DNA of 64,000 nucleotides from a virus (IMGVR_UViG_3300047552_001147:30507-94506), one strand, 5' to 3'; positions 18,428 to 27,997 are shown, counted from the stretch's first letter. Made by a program: numbers and translations. Notes: generated by a model not told the origin, from the sequence alone.

Positions 18428-20116
18428 ATGAGTACTCACTTTAATGGCGAGCCGCTGTTCTTTGAGAAGGCCCCGATTGTTAAGCTGGCCCGCACTAAGC
18501 TAGGGGATGATCCGAAGCAGTGGGAGTCCGACATCCTGGAAGTCCTTCACCAGCAGCACCCATACATGCTGGACACCAACATCAGCATCAACATGAAGAA
18601 AGTTGATGCGGAGAGCGGTACAGGTATCGGCGCTATCGTGCTCGACGGTAAGATCAACGTTCCCATCGTCATTCATAACTACAGAATGGCGCCGCTGGAC
18701 GTCTTCCTTAACGACACAGAAGTGGTCCCGCTAACTCGTGAGAGAATCGAGCGGGCCATGAAGACGCTGGCCATTGGTAAGCCGGTAACCCCGTCCAAGG
18801 GCGAGGCGACCGATAGTTCTATCACGCACATGACTACCCCGCCTTATGACGGGAAGTACACGTTCGCTAGCAACCTATCGTACACCAAAGCCGAGTTCGC
18901 TTCGGCAATCAACCACACATTCAATGAGACCGGCTTCGTCCTCGATATCGCCAACAACGATCTCTGGAAAGAGGCCCTGAACTCTTACCTGACAAGTGCT
19001 CTAGAACAAGAAAAGACCGCACAGACCGGTCCAAAGTACTTCCTTGAAGAAAAAGCTCCGTTCCAGCACCAGCTTACAAAAGAGGCTGGCATTTATTCCG
19101 TACCGACTAGTAAGGGCGACAAAGTTGGCGTTCTCGTTCCTATCACAGAAAAGCTGGCAAGCTCTACAGATCGCTGGCTGTTTGTTTCCCTAGACGGTGG
19201 ATACATTCCGCTGGCTGATCCAACGATCCCGTTCAAACCGGTAGAACACGTAAAAGTTGCTAGAAAAGAACCCGTCAGCGGCTCCGGAATCTTCGTAGCC
19301 AATAACGGTAAGCTGCAAGCAACTGAGATATTCGATGTCATCTGCAAGCTCGGCTCTGGCGACGTTCTTCTCAAGGACATCCATGGGCGGGAATGCCGGA
19401 TGGTCAAGTCCGCTAATGTGGACCGCATTCAGATGGGCGGAGGCCTCCTAGTCGTGCCGGAGAACTATATGTTCCTGCCGACGACGGAGCGCCTGAGCCT
19501 GACGCACGTTAAGGTAGCAAACCTGCTTGAGGATGGTTCTGACCGCATCACGGTTAGAAACCAAAACTCTCGTTTGCTATTCAGCAGTGGCAAGCTTTGG
19601 GAGTTCGGTGATCTGCTGTCTAAAGAGGGCAGCTATCCTGATGAAGTTCTGAACGCGCTGTCACCTTATTTTGATGACCAATCTTTGCAACTGTTGCTGA
19701 CGATTCCAACCGGCCAGCAACGTACGTTTACAGTTAAGACCGCCGGCATTGATAAGACAGCTTCAGCTGATGTAGCCGTTCCGGTTATCAGTCGCGAATC
19801 GATCGCGGCTATTAACCAGGCAGCCGCTGTTATCGATCGCAAGGCCGCTGGCTTCCTTAAGATCGCCGCCAATGAGGCGAGCGAAACTGTAGACACACTG
19901 CTAGGCCTCAACTTCCTCAACAAGTCCAATCTTCACAAATTCGTGGAGAACATGGACAAGGTTGGCGAAGCACGCCAAATCGTGGGACAGCTTCTCATAG
20001 CCTCCCGCCTTGGCCTGGATGTGGATGACGCTCCGCTACGGACGGCGTTCTTCGCTCTAGATGAAGTTGAACAGGACCTTCAGCAGCTGTATAACGTTAC
20101 TACCGTTAACAACTAG
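18428..20116 (+). CDS. K-x-A-rich putative inner head/core protein
   Basis: Long ORF; about 11 K-x-A motifs. Confidence 0.6.
   Translation: MSTHFNGEPLFFEKAPIVKLARTKLGDDPKQWESDILEVLHQQHPYMLDTNISINMKKVDAESGTGIGAIVLDGKINVPIVIHNYRMAPLDVFLNDTEVVPLTRERIERAMKTLAIGKPVTPSKGEATDSSITHMTTPPYDGKYTFASNLSYTKAEFASAINHTFNETGFVLDIANNDLWKEALNSYLTSALEQEKTAQTGPKYFLEEKAPFQHQLTKEAGIYSVPTSKGDKVGVLVPITEKLASSTDRWLFVSLDGGYIPLADPTIPFKPVEHVKVARKEPVSGSGIFVANNGKLQATEIFDVICKLGSGDVLLKDIHGRECRMVKSANVDRIQMGGGLLVVPENYMFLPTTERLSLTHVKVANLLEDGSDRITVRNQNSRLLFSSGKLWEFGDLLSKEGSYPDEVLNALSPYFDDQSLQLLLTIPTGQQRTFTVKTAGIDKTASADVAVPVISRESIAAINQAAAVIDRKAAGFLKIAANEASETVDTLLGLNFLNKSNLHKFVENMDKVGEARQIVGQLLIASRLGLDVDDAPLRTAFFALDEVEQDLQQLYNVTTVNN
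20067..20095 (+). promoter_or_regulatory. sigma70-like promoter upstream of packaging genes
   Basis: TTGAAC-17nt-TATAAC. Confidence 0.45.
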
Positions 20117-20136
20117 CGTCTGCTTGTGAGGTTTCA

Positions 20137-21183
20137 ATGGGCCACTCTAGGCCCCAAATTGCTAAAGAGTTCCGCATCAATGAGCGGACACTCTGTTGGC
20201 TAGAACAGACTGGTCGGCTCCATCTTGAGTGGAAGCCGTTAAACGGCCTGCTAACTTGTGAGCTAGACGACGACGCTCGTCGAGTGCTCGCTTGTGCTGC
20301 CGTGTCTGTTACAGCGCTGGATAACGTCCTGCCTTTCCAGCGGTTCCTCATTCTCAGAACGCTCCAGCTTCCTGCCGACGAGCAGTACCAGGAGCTGCTA
20401 GACCGCAACATCTTTGCGCCAGCTGGCTTTAGCTTAGAAGCTATCACCGCTATCAGAGAGCAGATAATTGATCGGCTTCCGCTGGTTGTGCGCCGATTTG
20501 TGAAGACTAATCGCCCGCCAGAGACAGACGAAGAGCGGCAATGGCTAGACGGTGTGCTGGATGCGTGTGAGGTTCACCTCGCGTACCACCACCCAGACCT
20601 AGAGCAATCGTTCCAGTTCATGCCGAATCCGGAGTACAAGGAAGCGGTGGATTGCGCGGTTAGCACCAAATCGAGCTACGCAGACATTCAGAAATTCTTG
20701 ATTGATGTGCTAGGATTGCGGGTATCTGTGGAGGGAATCGCCTTCTATCAGCAGCTCTTCCACGACATCAACATCGTGTCGACAGACAATCTGCGGATGT
20801 ACCTAAAGAAGGTCAAGCCTTCTCTCAGATCGCGCATGGCTCTTGCTGTTAGCAGCTCGATTGATACCTTCAGAGTCAAGAGCGGCATCGACGACAAGTT
20901 TGAAGTCGACAAGGTCATGTCCGTCTTCAAGGACGACCTGATCAACGATCTGCTCAAGATGCTGAACAATAAAGCGCCAGAATCTGAGAAGGCATTCAAC
21001 AACACGCTGCGAAGTCTGGTTATTGTTTTGGACCGCATGGACCGGATCAAAAGCGCAAACACCAAGTCTGGCAACGGCGTCCCTCAGTTCTTCAAGACAA
21101 TCAAAGTCTCAGCCCAACCATCTAACGAGATGAAGATCTTCCAGCTACCATCTCCTGTTAAGGACAGCGCACAGTCACAATGA
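20137..21183 (+). CDS. hypothetical protein, candidate terminase small subunit
   Basis: ATGA-coupled to TerL; helical; function inferred from position only. Confidence 0.4.
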   Translation: MGHSRPQIAKEFRINERTLCWLEQTGRLHLEWKPLNGLLTCELDDDARRVLACAAVSVTALDNVLPFQRFLILRTLQLPADEQYQELLDRNIFAPAGFSLEAITAIREQIIDRLPLVVRRFVKTNRPPETDEERQWLDGVLDACEVHLAYHHPDLEQSFQFMPNPEYKEAVDCAVSTKSSYADIQKFLIDVLGLRVSVEGIAFYQQLFHDINIVSTDNLRMYLKKVKPSLRSRMALAVSSSIDTFRVKSGIDDKFEVDKVMSVFKDDLINDLLKMLNNKAPESEKAFNNTLRSLVIVLDRMDRIKSANTKSGNGVPQFFKTIKVSAQPSNEMKIFQLPSPVKDSAQSQ

Positions 21184-23000
21184 CTAGCTTTGGTGTGTCG
21201 CAAGTAATGCCGGTTGTTGATCTAATTGAACAACTGGCCGCAGCCGAAAACAGCGGAGAGATTGATGCAGACCGCTTCAACTGGGCAAAGTACAATGAGG
21301 CTGCCGAGAGGCTAGCCGAAGAGCTGTCTGAAGAGGCGCAGAAGAACCAACAGGACGCGCTAGACAACCTGACACCAGAGTCGGTAGCGCTTACGACATT
21401 GTCCGGTATTGTTGCCGGACTACTTACGGTAGATCAGCTGGCGTTCTCTTTCGAGGGCCGCGACTATATTCGTGGGCTATATGACCTTGTTGAGGAGTAC
21501 CCGGTCGGATGCCGTAATCAGATATGGCAGGCTGGACGTCAGGTAGAGAAGTCAACGACCCAATCGGCCAAGTCTATCGCGCTGGGGATAGCGTACCCGA
21601 CATACAAGACGCTCTACATCGCGCCTAGATTCGACCAGGTCACTGTGTTCTCACAGCAGCGCTTCAAGCCCATGTGCGAGGATTCAAAAGACATTGTCGG
21701 TCGCTGGATAGATCAGCACAGAATGCTGTGGCAGGTTGGTGCTAAGCAGTTTATGAACGGATCGTTCTTTAACTTCCGCTCCTGCTACTTGAATGCCGAC
21801 GGCGCTCGTGGTATTTCAGCTCACCATCTAATGATCGACGAGATCCAAGACGTTGTCTCAGATGCCGTACCTATTCTTGAACAAACCCAGTCGCACGCCT
21901 CCAAGGAACTGAAGTTCAACACGTACGCCGGCACTCCAAAGACCAACAGTAACGTCATCACACGACGATTCAAGAACAGTTGTCAGTTCGAGTGGCTGAT
22001 TAAGTGCGACCACTGCAACCACTGGAACTTCCCGGATGACAATATTGTCGGGGAGACGTTCTTCATGTGCGTCAGATGCTCTCGGGACATTCGTCCAGCT
22101 AACGGACAATGGGTTCCTGCGAGACCAGAGCTTCTAGACAAGTGCTGGGGATTCCGGCTACCACAGCTGATCGTACCATTCAAGACGCACGCGGATATCC
22201 TTGCAACCAAGCACGACCCGCAGGTATCACGTCGCCAATACTTCAACGAGTGTCTTGGGCTGTCATATGACGAGGGCGAGCTCGTTCTGGTTGAGCGCGA
22301 CCTTATCGAGGCTTGCGCCGCCGGTGATGGTCAACCTATGTGGGCGCCGTCTAGGGCGCACTCCATGACCATCCCCAAGTTTATGGGCGTGGACTACGGA
22401 ACTGCGGAAGGCGAGAAGCCGTCGTGGAGCGTGATAACCGTTGGCTTCATGAATGCTATGGGCCAATTCCAGGTCATCTTCATGGAGAAACTGGTAGGCG
22501 AGAAAGCCAACCTATCTAAGCAGCCGGAATACATCAACAAGGTTGCCCGATCGTTCGGTGTGACCTGGATGGGTACAGACTGGGGATTCGGCGCACCGCT
22601 GAACCAGAGACTGGTCGATGAATTTGACTGGCCGCGATATGAGGGTCGACGTATCTTGATGGAAATGCAGTACGTCAAGCAGAAGCTTAAGGCCCAGTGG
22701 AACCCACAGGCCCAGCGGTACATGATCGACCGTAACCAGTCGATGACCGACTTCATTGACCGCATCCGAACTAAAAAAGTGGTCTTCTTCCACTATGACC
22801 AGTTCAAACACTTCACAAGCGATTTCACGTCGATCTTCATTGAATTTGACCCTGACCATGGGACGATGAAGTACGATCACGATCTGCCGGACGACGCCTT
22901 CCACTCTGCCAACTACGCGTACATGACAGCGCTGCAGTATTACGGCCAGCTGGTCAACACATCACTGCCAGATACGAACGGGTTCGAAGAGCCGTTGTAA
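21180..23000 (+). CDS. terL: terminase large subunit (lambda gpA-like)
   Basis: Walker A GRQVEKST, Walker B LMIDE, AGTPK, Zn finger CDHC...CVRC, nuclease motifs MGVDYG and DDAFHS. Confidence 0.9.
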   Translation: MTSFGVSQVMPVVDLIEQLAAAENSGEIDADRFNWAKYNEAAERLAEELSEEAQKNQQDALDNLTPESVALTTLSGIVAGLLTVDQLAFSFEGRDYIRGLYDLVEEYPVGCRNQIWQAGRQVEKSTTQSAKSIALGIAYPTYKTLYIAPRFDQVTVFSQQRFKPMCEDSKDIVGRWIDQHRMLWQVGAKQFMNGSFFNFRSCYLNADGARGISAHHLMIDEIQDVVSDAVPILEQTQSHASKELKFNTYAGTPKTNSNVITRRFKNSCQFEWLIKCDHCNHWNFPDDNIVGETFFMCVRCSRDIRPANGQWVPARPELLDKCWGFRLPQLIVPFKTHADILATKHDPQVSRRQYFNECLGLSYDEGELVLVERDLIEACAAGDGQPMWAPSRAHSMTIPKFMGVDYGTAEGEKPSWSVITVGFMNAMGQFQVIFMEKLVGEKANLSKQPEYINKVARSFGVTWMGTDWGFGAPLNQRLVDEFDWPRYEGRRILMEMQYVKQKLKAQWNPQAQRYMIDRNQSMTDFIDRIRTKKVVFFHYDQFKHFTSDFTSIFIEFDPDHGTMKYDHDLPDDAFHSANYAYMTALQYYGQLVNTSLPDTNGFEEPL

Positions 23001-23003
23001 AAT

Positions 23004-23031
23004 AGATGGCAGGGTGTTACCCCCGCCATCT
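23004..23031. terminator. terminator hairpin between convergent units
   Basis: AGATGGCAGGG...CCCCGCCATCT; ATTTT tail on the minus strand. Confidence 0.7.
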
Positions 23032-23034
23032 GTA

Positions 23035-23202
23035 TTACTTGCTTGTCTCTTGGCTGCTGGTGTGGCAACTCACAGAGCAGCGCACACCAGTCAAAGACAG
23101 GAAGATGAGCGCGATGAGCAGTAGAACAATGCTCTCCACGAGAGACATGTTGTTTCTCCACATCTTACGCTCTTCTTGCCACCAGTCGCGCAGCTTCTTC
23201 AT
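23035..23202 (-). CDS. small membrane protein
   Basis: ATGA-coupled MKKLRDWW; one hydrophobic helix. Confidence 0.6.
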   Translation of the reverse strand: MKKLRDWWQEERKMWRNNMSLVESIVLLLIALIFLSLTGVRCSVSCHTSSQETSK

Positions 23203-23516
23203 CTGCTCTTGGCCTCGCAGTCGCAGCACACGGTTTGTTTGCCGATGTATCCCTGGTACAGGGCTTTAACCTCTACCGCATACTGTAGAGGTCTCCTTGT
23301 CCTGCAAACAGGGCAAACAAACGAGACACAACGAACAACCTCTTGTAGGAAGTTGTTAGCAATTCTGTCCGCCGACTTCTCATCACGAGAGACCATCAAA
23401 GTCAGTACATCAATCAACTGCTGCGCTGAACCCGTCGGGTTGGCGAAATCACTGTCCCAAGGTAGAGAAGCAATTTCTCCAGCGCTTAGGCCAATAACGT
23501 AGACGTCGCTACTCAT
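23199..23516 (-). CDS. Zn-binding hypothetical protein
   Basis: CPVC...CCDC. Confidence 0.65.
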   Translation of the reverse strand: MSSDVYVIGLSAGEIASLPWDSDFANPTGSAQQLIDVLTLMVSRDEKSADRIANNFLQEVVRCVSFVCPVCRTRRPLQYAVEVKALYQGYIGKQTVCCDCEAKSR

Positions 23517-23770
23517 TTCTTCCTCCGCTTTCTAGGGCGAATCAAGCGCACCTCGCTTTGCTTGGTGCAGCACTCCACGGTCTCCACAACGTTCCCGCTC
23601 CTCATCTCGATGTACAGTGGGATATGTCCGCACTCGCTGCGGAGCGCGTCCAGCACCCACATCTCAATCTGTCGCTTCGCCGCGTCGTTGTCCGCCTTCT
23701 TGTGGAAGGCCTCAAACGACACGTCGATGACAGCGGTCAATATCAGTCGGGACAGCTTGGCTTTAGCCAT
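23513..23770 (-). CDS. hypothetical protein
   Basis: Coupled ORF. Confidence 0.65.
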   Translation of the reverse strand: MAKAKLSRLILTAVIDVSFEAFHKKADNDAAKRQIEMWVLDALRSECGHIPLYIEMRSGNVVETVECCTKQSEVRLIRPRKRRKK

Positions 23771-23778
23771 TGGAGCGA

Positions 23779-25224
23779 CTACAATCCGCTCCGCACGCGG
23801 TCACGGATCTCCGCGTACGTCTGCTCGTTGTGGAGCTGGCCGTTCGAGAACACCTTGCGGAACGCGCAGCTTGTCACGTCAGTCTTCTTCGCGTTCTGCT
23901 TCAACGTGAAACGACCGTTCTGATCGTGATAGACGGCCAAGAGGCCCTTGGCGGACTTCTTGGTACCGTTATCAGTCACAGGATTCTTGAAGATCTCACG
24001 CGCCTCATTGCCGACTTCGACGTAGGTGGCCTTCATCGCCCAACCGAGAGTGTCTCTCGTGTTGTACTGGTAGGTGTAGCTACCGATTCCGGCCACCCAG
24101 TTGGTCGACGCGAACCCCTGCTGCATCAGTCGCTCGCAGATAGCCGCCGCCAGCTCTCTGGTGATAGAGTCACCGTAGATCAGGCCGATGTGGGGATCGA
24201 GGACCTTGAATCCCTTGCTGTTCGTAGTGCCTCCGAAGAGTTCCCACAGCAGCTGGATTGAGCCCTTCTTCTCCACTTCGGTTTCCCCGTCAGGATCGCC
24301 ACAGATGATCTCCAGAGGAGTCTTCTTGGAGCTGTCTGGACGGATGACGACCTTGCCCGCACGGGCCATGATCTCCGACTTGAGCGTCGGAAGGATCTCG
24401 GTCAAAACCTTCCAGTAGTCCCAGGTGTCCGAGACGATGGACACGATCCCCTTGGGGTACAGATCGAGGATGCGGCGGAACGTGTCCACCTCAGACTCTC
24501 TCGTACCTGCACACATGACACTGTGTTCCGTCGCCGGAACAGAGAATCCTGTGATCCCTCTCGGAGCATGGTAGTACTTCGAGAGGAATGAGGTGGCCGG
24601 AACAGTGTCAGAGCCGTCGAAGGACAGGAGATGTCCCGCCCCGCTGGTCTTGGCCGTTTCGAGCGAGCTCATTCCACGGAAACTGAAGTCGTGCCCCTGG
24701 AAGTTGACGGACGCAGCTTCATCAGAGGTCATGTCAGCGTATCTGGTGAAGATCTGCCGATAGTGTCTTGCGATGGTTGCTGATGTGCACGGCTGCCAGA
24801 TCGTAGCCGACATGATGGTTTCCAGGTAGTTGACCAACCAGAAAGCATCAGGTACCGTGTTCATCATGACAAGCGAGGGAACGCCGGCAGGAACCACCGA
24901 ACCTTCCGGCAACGCCCAGATCTCGATCGGCAGGCCTGAGTGTCTTCCCAGCAGCCGGAGGTGATAGTCGTTCGGTCTTACCCCGAGAGCTGCCTCCATC
25001 ATATCCGCAAAATCGCCGATGTTCATTCGCTCCAAGAACGGGACCAGGTACTCCTTCAGGAAGTACTGCAGTCCGAAGAACACCACCGCTTCCTCGCCGG
25101 TAGGGTCCTTGATGCGACACTTCCGGGGAGTAAAGTTGGAGAACACCAACTTGGTGCCATCCGGGTATTGCCGACGGTGGTCGGCCTTGTACCAGTCAAT
25201 CAGATTCAGTGAGTTGTCAGTCAC
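23779..25224 (-). CDS. nadV: nicotinamide phosphoribosyltransferase-family enzyme (likely NARP1 Namat)
   Basis: DWYKADH, HDFSFRG, PATEHSVM, SIVSDTWD, VIRPDS, IYGDSIT, KKSAKG; GTG start at 25224 directly after the Prs-like stop. Confidence 0.9.
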   Translation of the reverse strand: MTDNSLNLIDWYKADHRRQYPDGTKLVFSNFTPRKCRIKDPTGEEAVVFFGLQYFLKEYLVPFLERMNIGDFADMMEAALGVRPNDYHLRLLGRHSGLPIEIWALPEGSVVPAGVPSLVMMNTVPDAFWLVNYLETIMSATIWQPCTSATIARHYRQIFTRYADMTSDEAASVNFQGHDFSFRGMSSLETAKTSGAGHLLSFDGSDTVPATSFLSKYYHAPRGITGFSVPATEHSVMCAGTRESEVDTFRRILDLYPKGIVSIVSDTWDYWKVLTEILPTLKSEIMARAGKVVIRPDSSKKTPLEIICGDPDGETEVEKKGSIQLLWELFGGTTNSKGFKVLDPHIGLIYGDSITRELAAAICERLMQQGFASTNWVAGIGSYTYQYNTRDTLGWAMKATYVEVGNEAREIFKNPVTDNGTKKSAKGLLAVYHDQNGRFTLKQNAKKTDVTSCAFRKVFSNGQLHNEQTYAEIRDRVRSGL

Positions 25225-25225
25225 G

Positions 25226-26086
25226 CTAGCGTACCTTGCAGACGATGAGGTTGTTGGGAGGAGTTGTGTTCCAATATGCCGGAATGCTGTTGGTAACAGC
25301 AATCTTGGAGAAGTTGGCCATGAGTTCGTCAAAGCCCTTGGAGAAAATGCCGTGTGTGACGCACAAGGCGATATTGCTCACCGGGACTTTTGCGTCTTGT
25401 AGCGCCTTCGAGATCGCGATGAAGGTTGCGCCCCCATCACAGATGTCGTCGACGATGATGTAGTTGTGATCCGGAAATACCGGATCACATAGTTTGGCTG
25501 AAAGGCTGCGGACTCCGTCTTTTTCCGTGCGCTTCTTCAGCGCTTGGATCATCGGGTAGTCTCTGCCTTCGAGTACCTTGGGTACCCAAGAAGATGCGCC
25601 AGCGTCAGGGATGACAATGGTGCAATCCTTTTTGCCCGCAGTAACCTCGCGCACGAGCCACGGGGTTACGTCATTTTCCTTAGCATTGTCCAGCAATGCC
25701 AGCATCGCCGGAGAGTGTGGACGCAGCACCCTCACCCGCTCGAATTTCATCGAGTTGATGATCCGGCAGTTGATGCGAAGGTCGTTCGCCTCCCCTGGCC
25801 TGAATGCTCTGTCAGATCTGCTGGCAGACATGTACGTGATTTCCAGGTCTGTCAGCGCCGGGTACGCTTCTTTGAGCTGAGCAAGCAACAAGAGATAGTC
25901 CCCGGTCTGGATACCGGCAATTACGCGCGTAGCCCTGTGATTGAATTCGTTCAGGGACACGCGATCGCTTGGCTTTTCGAAGTGCACATGCCCGTCCGGG
26001 AATCGCGAAAAAGGGACCCTTTCCAGCTGTATAGGATTGTATACGGGATCAATGTCGTGATCATCCAGATCGTCGTAGTGACTCAT
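25226..26086 (-). CDS. prs: ribose-phosphate pyrophosphokinase-family enzyme (likely NARP1 Adps)
   Basis: FPDG, SRSDR, PHS, PDAGA, IIVDDICDGGATF, VTHGIFSKG, TNS. Confidence 0.9.
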   Translation of the reverse strand: MSHYDDLDDHDIDPVYNPIQLERVPFSRFPDGHVHFEKPSDRVSLNEFNHRATRVIAGIQTGDYLLLLAQLKEAYPALTDLEITYMSASRSDRAFRPGEANDLRINCRIINSMKFERVRVLRPHSPAMLALLDNAKENDVTPWLVREVTAGKKDCTIVIPDAGASSWVPKVLEGRDYPMIQALKKRTEKDGVRSLSAKLCDPVFPDHNYIIVDDICDGGATFIAISKALQDAKVPVSNIALCVTHGIFSKGFDELMANFSKIAVTNSIPAYWNTTPPNNLIVCKVR

Positions 26087-26397
26087 GCGCGTCTCCCTTT
26101 AGGGTATTTTTGGTGACGGCGCCTCTTGTTGATGAGGGCCTGGTTTGGGTTTCGTATGTTGTACTCTTTGCGGTACGCTTTGCTTTCTCTGTTTTCACAG
26201 CATCCGCTGCAATTGTGGATGCCTTTGATGTAGCCAGCGGCTATGGACCAGCATCCCCACTCCGGTGTGATGGCTTGTGGATAGTTACACCAGGTTGGCT
26301 GGCGGTACATTTTGATAAACTGCCCGACAGTTACGCCAGGCTGTTTATACGCAGCTTCCCGCTCTTCATCAGAGAGCTTGTGAAAGAAGGGTTTCAT
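26083..26397 (-). CDS. Cys-containing hypothetical protein
   Basis: QPTWCNYP...GCWS...CSGC. Confidence 0.65.
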   Translation of the reverse strand: MKPFFHKLSDEEREAAYKQPGVTVGQFIKMYRQPTWCNYPQAITPEWGCWSIAAGYIKGIHNCSGCCENRESKAYRKEYNIRNPNQALINKRRRHQKYPKGRRA

Positions 26398-26840
26398 CAG
26401 TAGTAGCCCACGATTTCTTTGCAGTCTCGACAGATCAGTGCCCAGTAGCCGGGCTTAGGTCTGCCGAATAGTCGCGCCCAGAAAGCTTTCCATCCCCACC
26501 AGTCACGGCACACCTGATTAGGGAGGAACTCTTCAAACGGGGCGTTGCACAGAGGACAAAAGTCCGGATCTTGCACAAGCACCGCAATCCGCGTGCTGCA
26601 GTGCAGCGTCAAAAACTCGGCCTCGTAGCGCTTGCTTTTAGACAGGACACAGATGTACACCTTACCGTTATCGGCGGTAAATCCCTGAACCTCGAAAATC
26701 TGTGTCGCTGACATCACCGGATCGTAGATGAGATCCCCGACATCTACGTCAGACGCATCAATAAGCTGAATATGATAGAGGCGGTCGCCGCTAGCATCTG
26801 CCTTCATCGTGCCGTCGAAGTATTCGCTGACACGAATCAT
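26397..26840 (-). CDS. hypothetical protein with C-terminal Zn ribbon
   Basis: ATGA-coupled MIRVSEY; CPLC...CRDC. Confidence 0.65.
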   Translation of the reverse strand: MIRVSEYFDGTMKADASGDRLYHIQLIDASDVDVGDLIYDPVMSATQIFEVQGFTADNGKVYICVLSKSKRYEAEFLTLHCSTRIAVLVQDPDFCPLCNAPFEEFLPNQVCRDWWGWKAFWARLFGRPKPGYWALICRDCKEIVGYY

Positions 26841-27031
26841 TTCTTCACCTTTTCCAGGTGCCGCTTGTTCCAGGCGGAGAGCTTCCAATCCCGCTGCGAC
26901 CGTTTCGTGCACGTCTTGTTTCCACACTTGACGTACGCGATCTCGCCGTTGCCGAAGTAAGCGACAATCAGCGGGTGGTACCCGCAGTCGTGGCAATCCT
27001 CGACGTAGTTTGTGTGTTGTGTTCTAGTCAT
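26837..27031 (-). CDS. Lar-like Zn-ribbon protein
   Basis: CHDCG...VKC...C...AWNKR. Confidence 0.55.
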   Translation of the reverse strand: MTRTQHTNYVEDCHDCGYHPLIVAYFGNGEIAYVKCGNKTCTKRSQRDWKLSAWNKRHLEKVKK

Positions 27032-27240
27032 TTCTGACTCCTTTCTGAATAATCACAATACCACTCGAAATCGTTAGTCCACATTCTCTGTCTTCTAATG
27101 GCATAGTGGCGGGTGACCCACTCTAGCCACACAAGCGACCCGTCTTTCAGGAAGACAGGCAGCAGCGCGAATTGCTTCTTGACTATTTTGGTCTCTTTCG
27201 AGATCTTGTCTATTTGTGGGAATCCTTGGTACAGTTTCAT
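27028..27240 (-). CDS. hypothetical protein (paralog of 27249-27443)
   Basis: FALLP...G..VWLE motif. Confidence 0.7.
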   Translation of the reverse strand: MKLYQGFPQIDKISKETKIVKKQFALLPVFLKDGSLVWLEWVTRHYAIRRQRMWTNDFEWYCDYSERSQK

Positions 27241-27248
27241 GGCTTTAC

Positions 27249-27443
27249 CTAGCCCTTAATGCGCTCGCGGCGCACACAGACCCACGAGGATTGGTCAAAG
27301 ATACCGCGATCGAGCGTCCAGCGGACGGTCTCGAGCCAGACGATGTCGCCGTTCGACATCTTCGTTGGGAGCAGAGCAAATCGATTGATGATGATCCTCT
27401 CGGGGCTGTGCTCAGCAATGGGGAGTCCTCGCCAGAGCTTCAC
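27249..27443 (-). CDS. hypothetical protein (paralog of 27028-27240)
   Basis: FALLP...G..VWLE motif. Confidence 0.7.
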   Translation of the reverse strand: MKLWRGLPIAEHSPERIIINRFALLPTKMSNGDIVWLETVRWTLDRGIFDQSSWVCVRRERIKG

Positions 27444-27997
27444 GACTGCACCTCGCCTTCCTTGCGGACAGCAGCGGATTTCAGGCTAACGATCAGGTCG
27501 AACGTTTTTCTGGTGACTACCGTGAACACCTCGCCCCGGTAGCTTCGCATACCGACCGTGCAGAGTCCCGGATCGTCTCCGGGGATCAAAAAGGTCGCGA
27601 TCTCCCTCAGCGCGTTCCGCATCAGATCACGCTCAGACATGGTGCTGGAAAGTTCGCTCCGCAGCCGCTCCATCTCCAACCAATCTTTGTGCGCAGCTCC
27701 TTGCTGATCTCGATAGCTTGTATAGGTGACTTTCTGTAGCCGCTCGACCTCGGCCTTGAGGGCGTCGCGCTCGGCGTACAGCTCGCTCTGCGACATGAAC
27801 CGCAGGCGTGTGTCGATGTCCTTCTTGAGTTCCGCAACCTCGGCGCGCAGCTTCTCGTTCTCCTCCGCCGCGTCGAGCAGCGCGGGGGCGGCGTTGAGGA
27901 TCGTGAACGTCAGATCTTCGCGCAGCGTGACGTTCACCGGGCCTTTGAGGCGATCAAGCGCAGCCCGCAGCGCCTGCGTGTCGAGATTCGCGGTCAT
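27440..27997 (-). CDS. Ead/Ea22-like coiled-coil protein
   Basis: ATGA-coupled MTANLD; NAAPALLD..EE..KLRAEV. Confidence 0.55.
   Translation of the reverse strand: MTANLDTQALRAALDRLKGPVNVTLREDLTFTILNAAPALLDAAEENEKLRAEVAELKKDIDTRLRFMSQSELYAERDALKAEVERLQKVTYTSYRDQQGAAHKDWLEMERLRSELSSTMSERDLMRNALREIATFLIPGDDPGLCTVGMRSYRGEVFTVVTRKTFDLIVSLKSAAVRKEGEVQS

Noticed and set aside
25225-25332. N-terminal extension of the NAMPT-like ORF in the track
   Set aside because: Overlaps the Prs-like gene; GTG 25224 gives a family-typical start. Similar over-extensions were trimmed for several other genes
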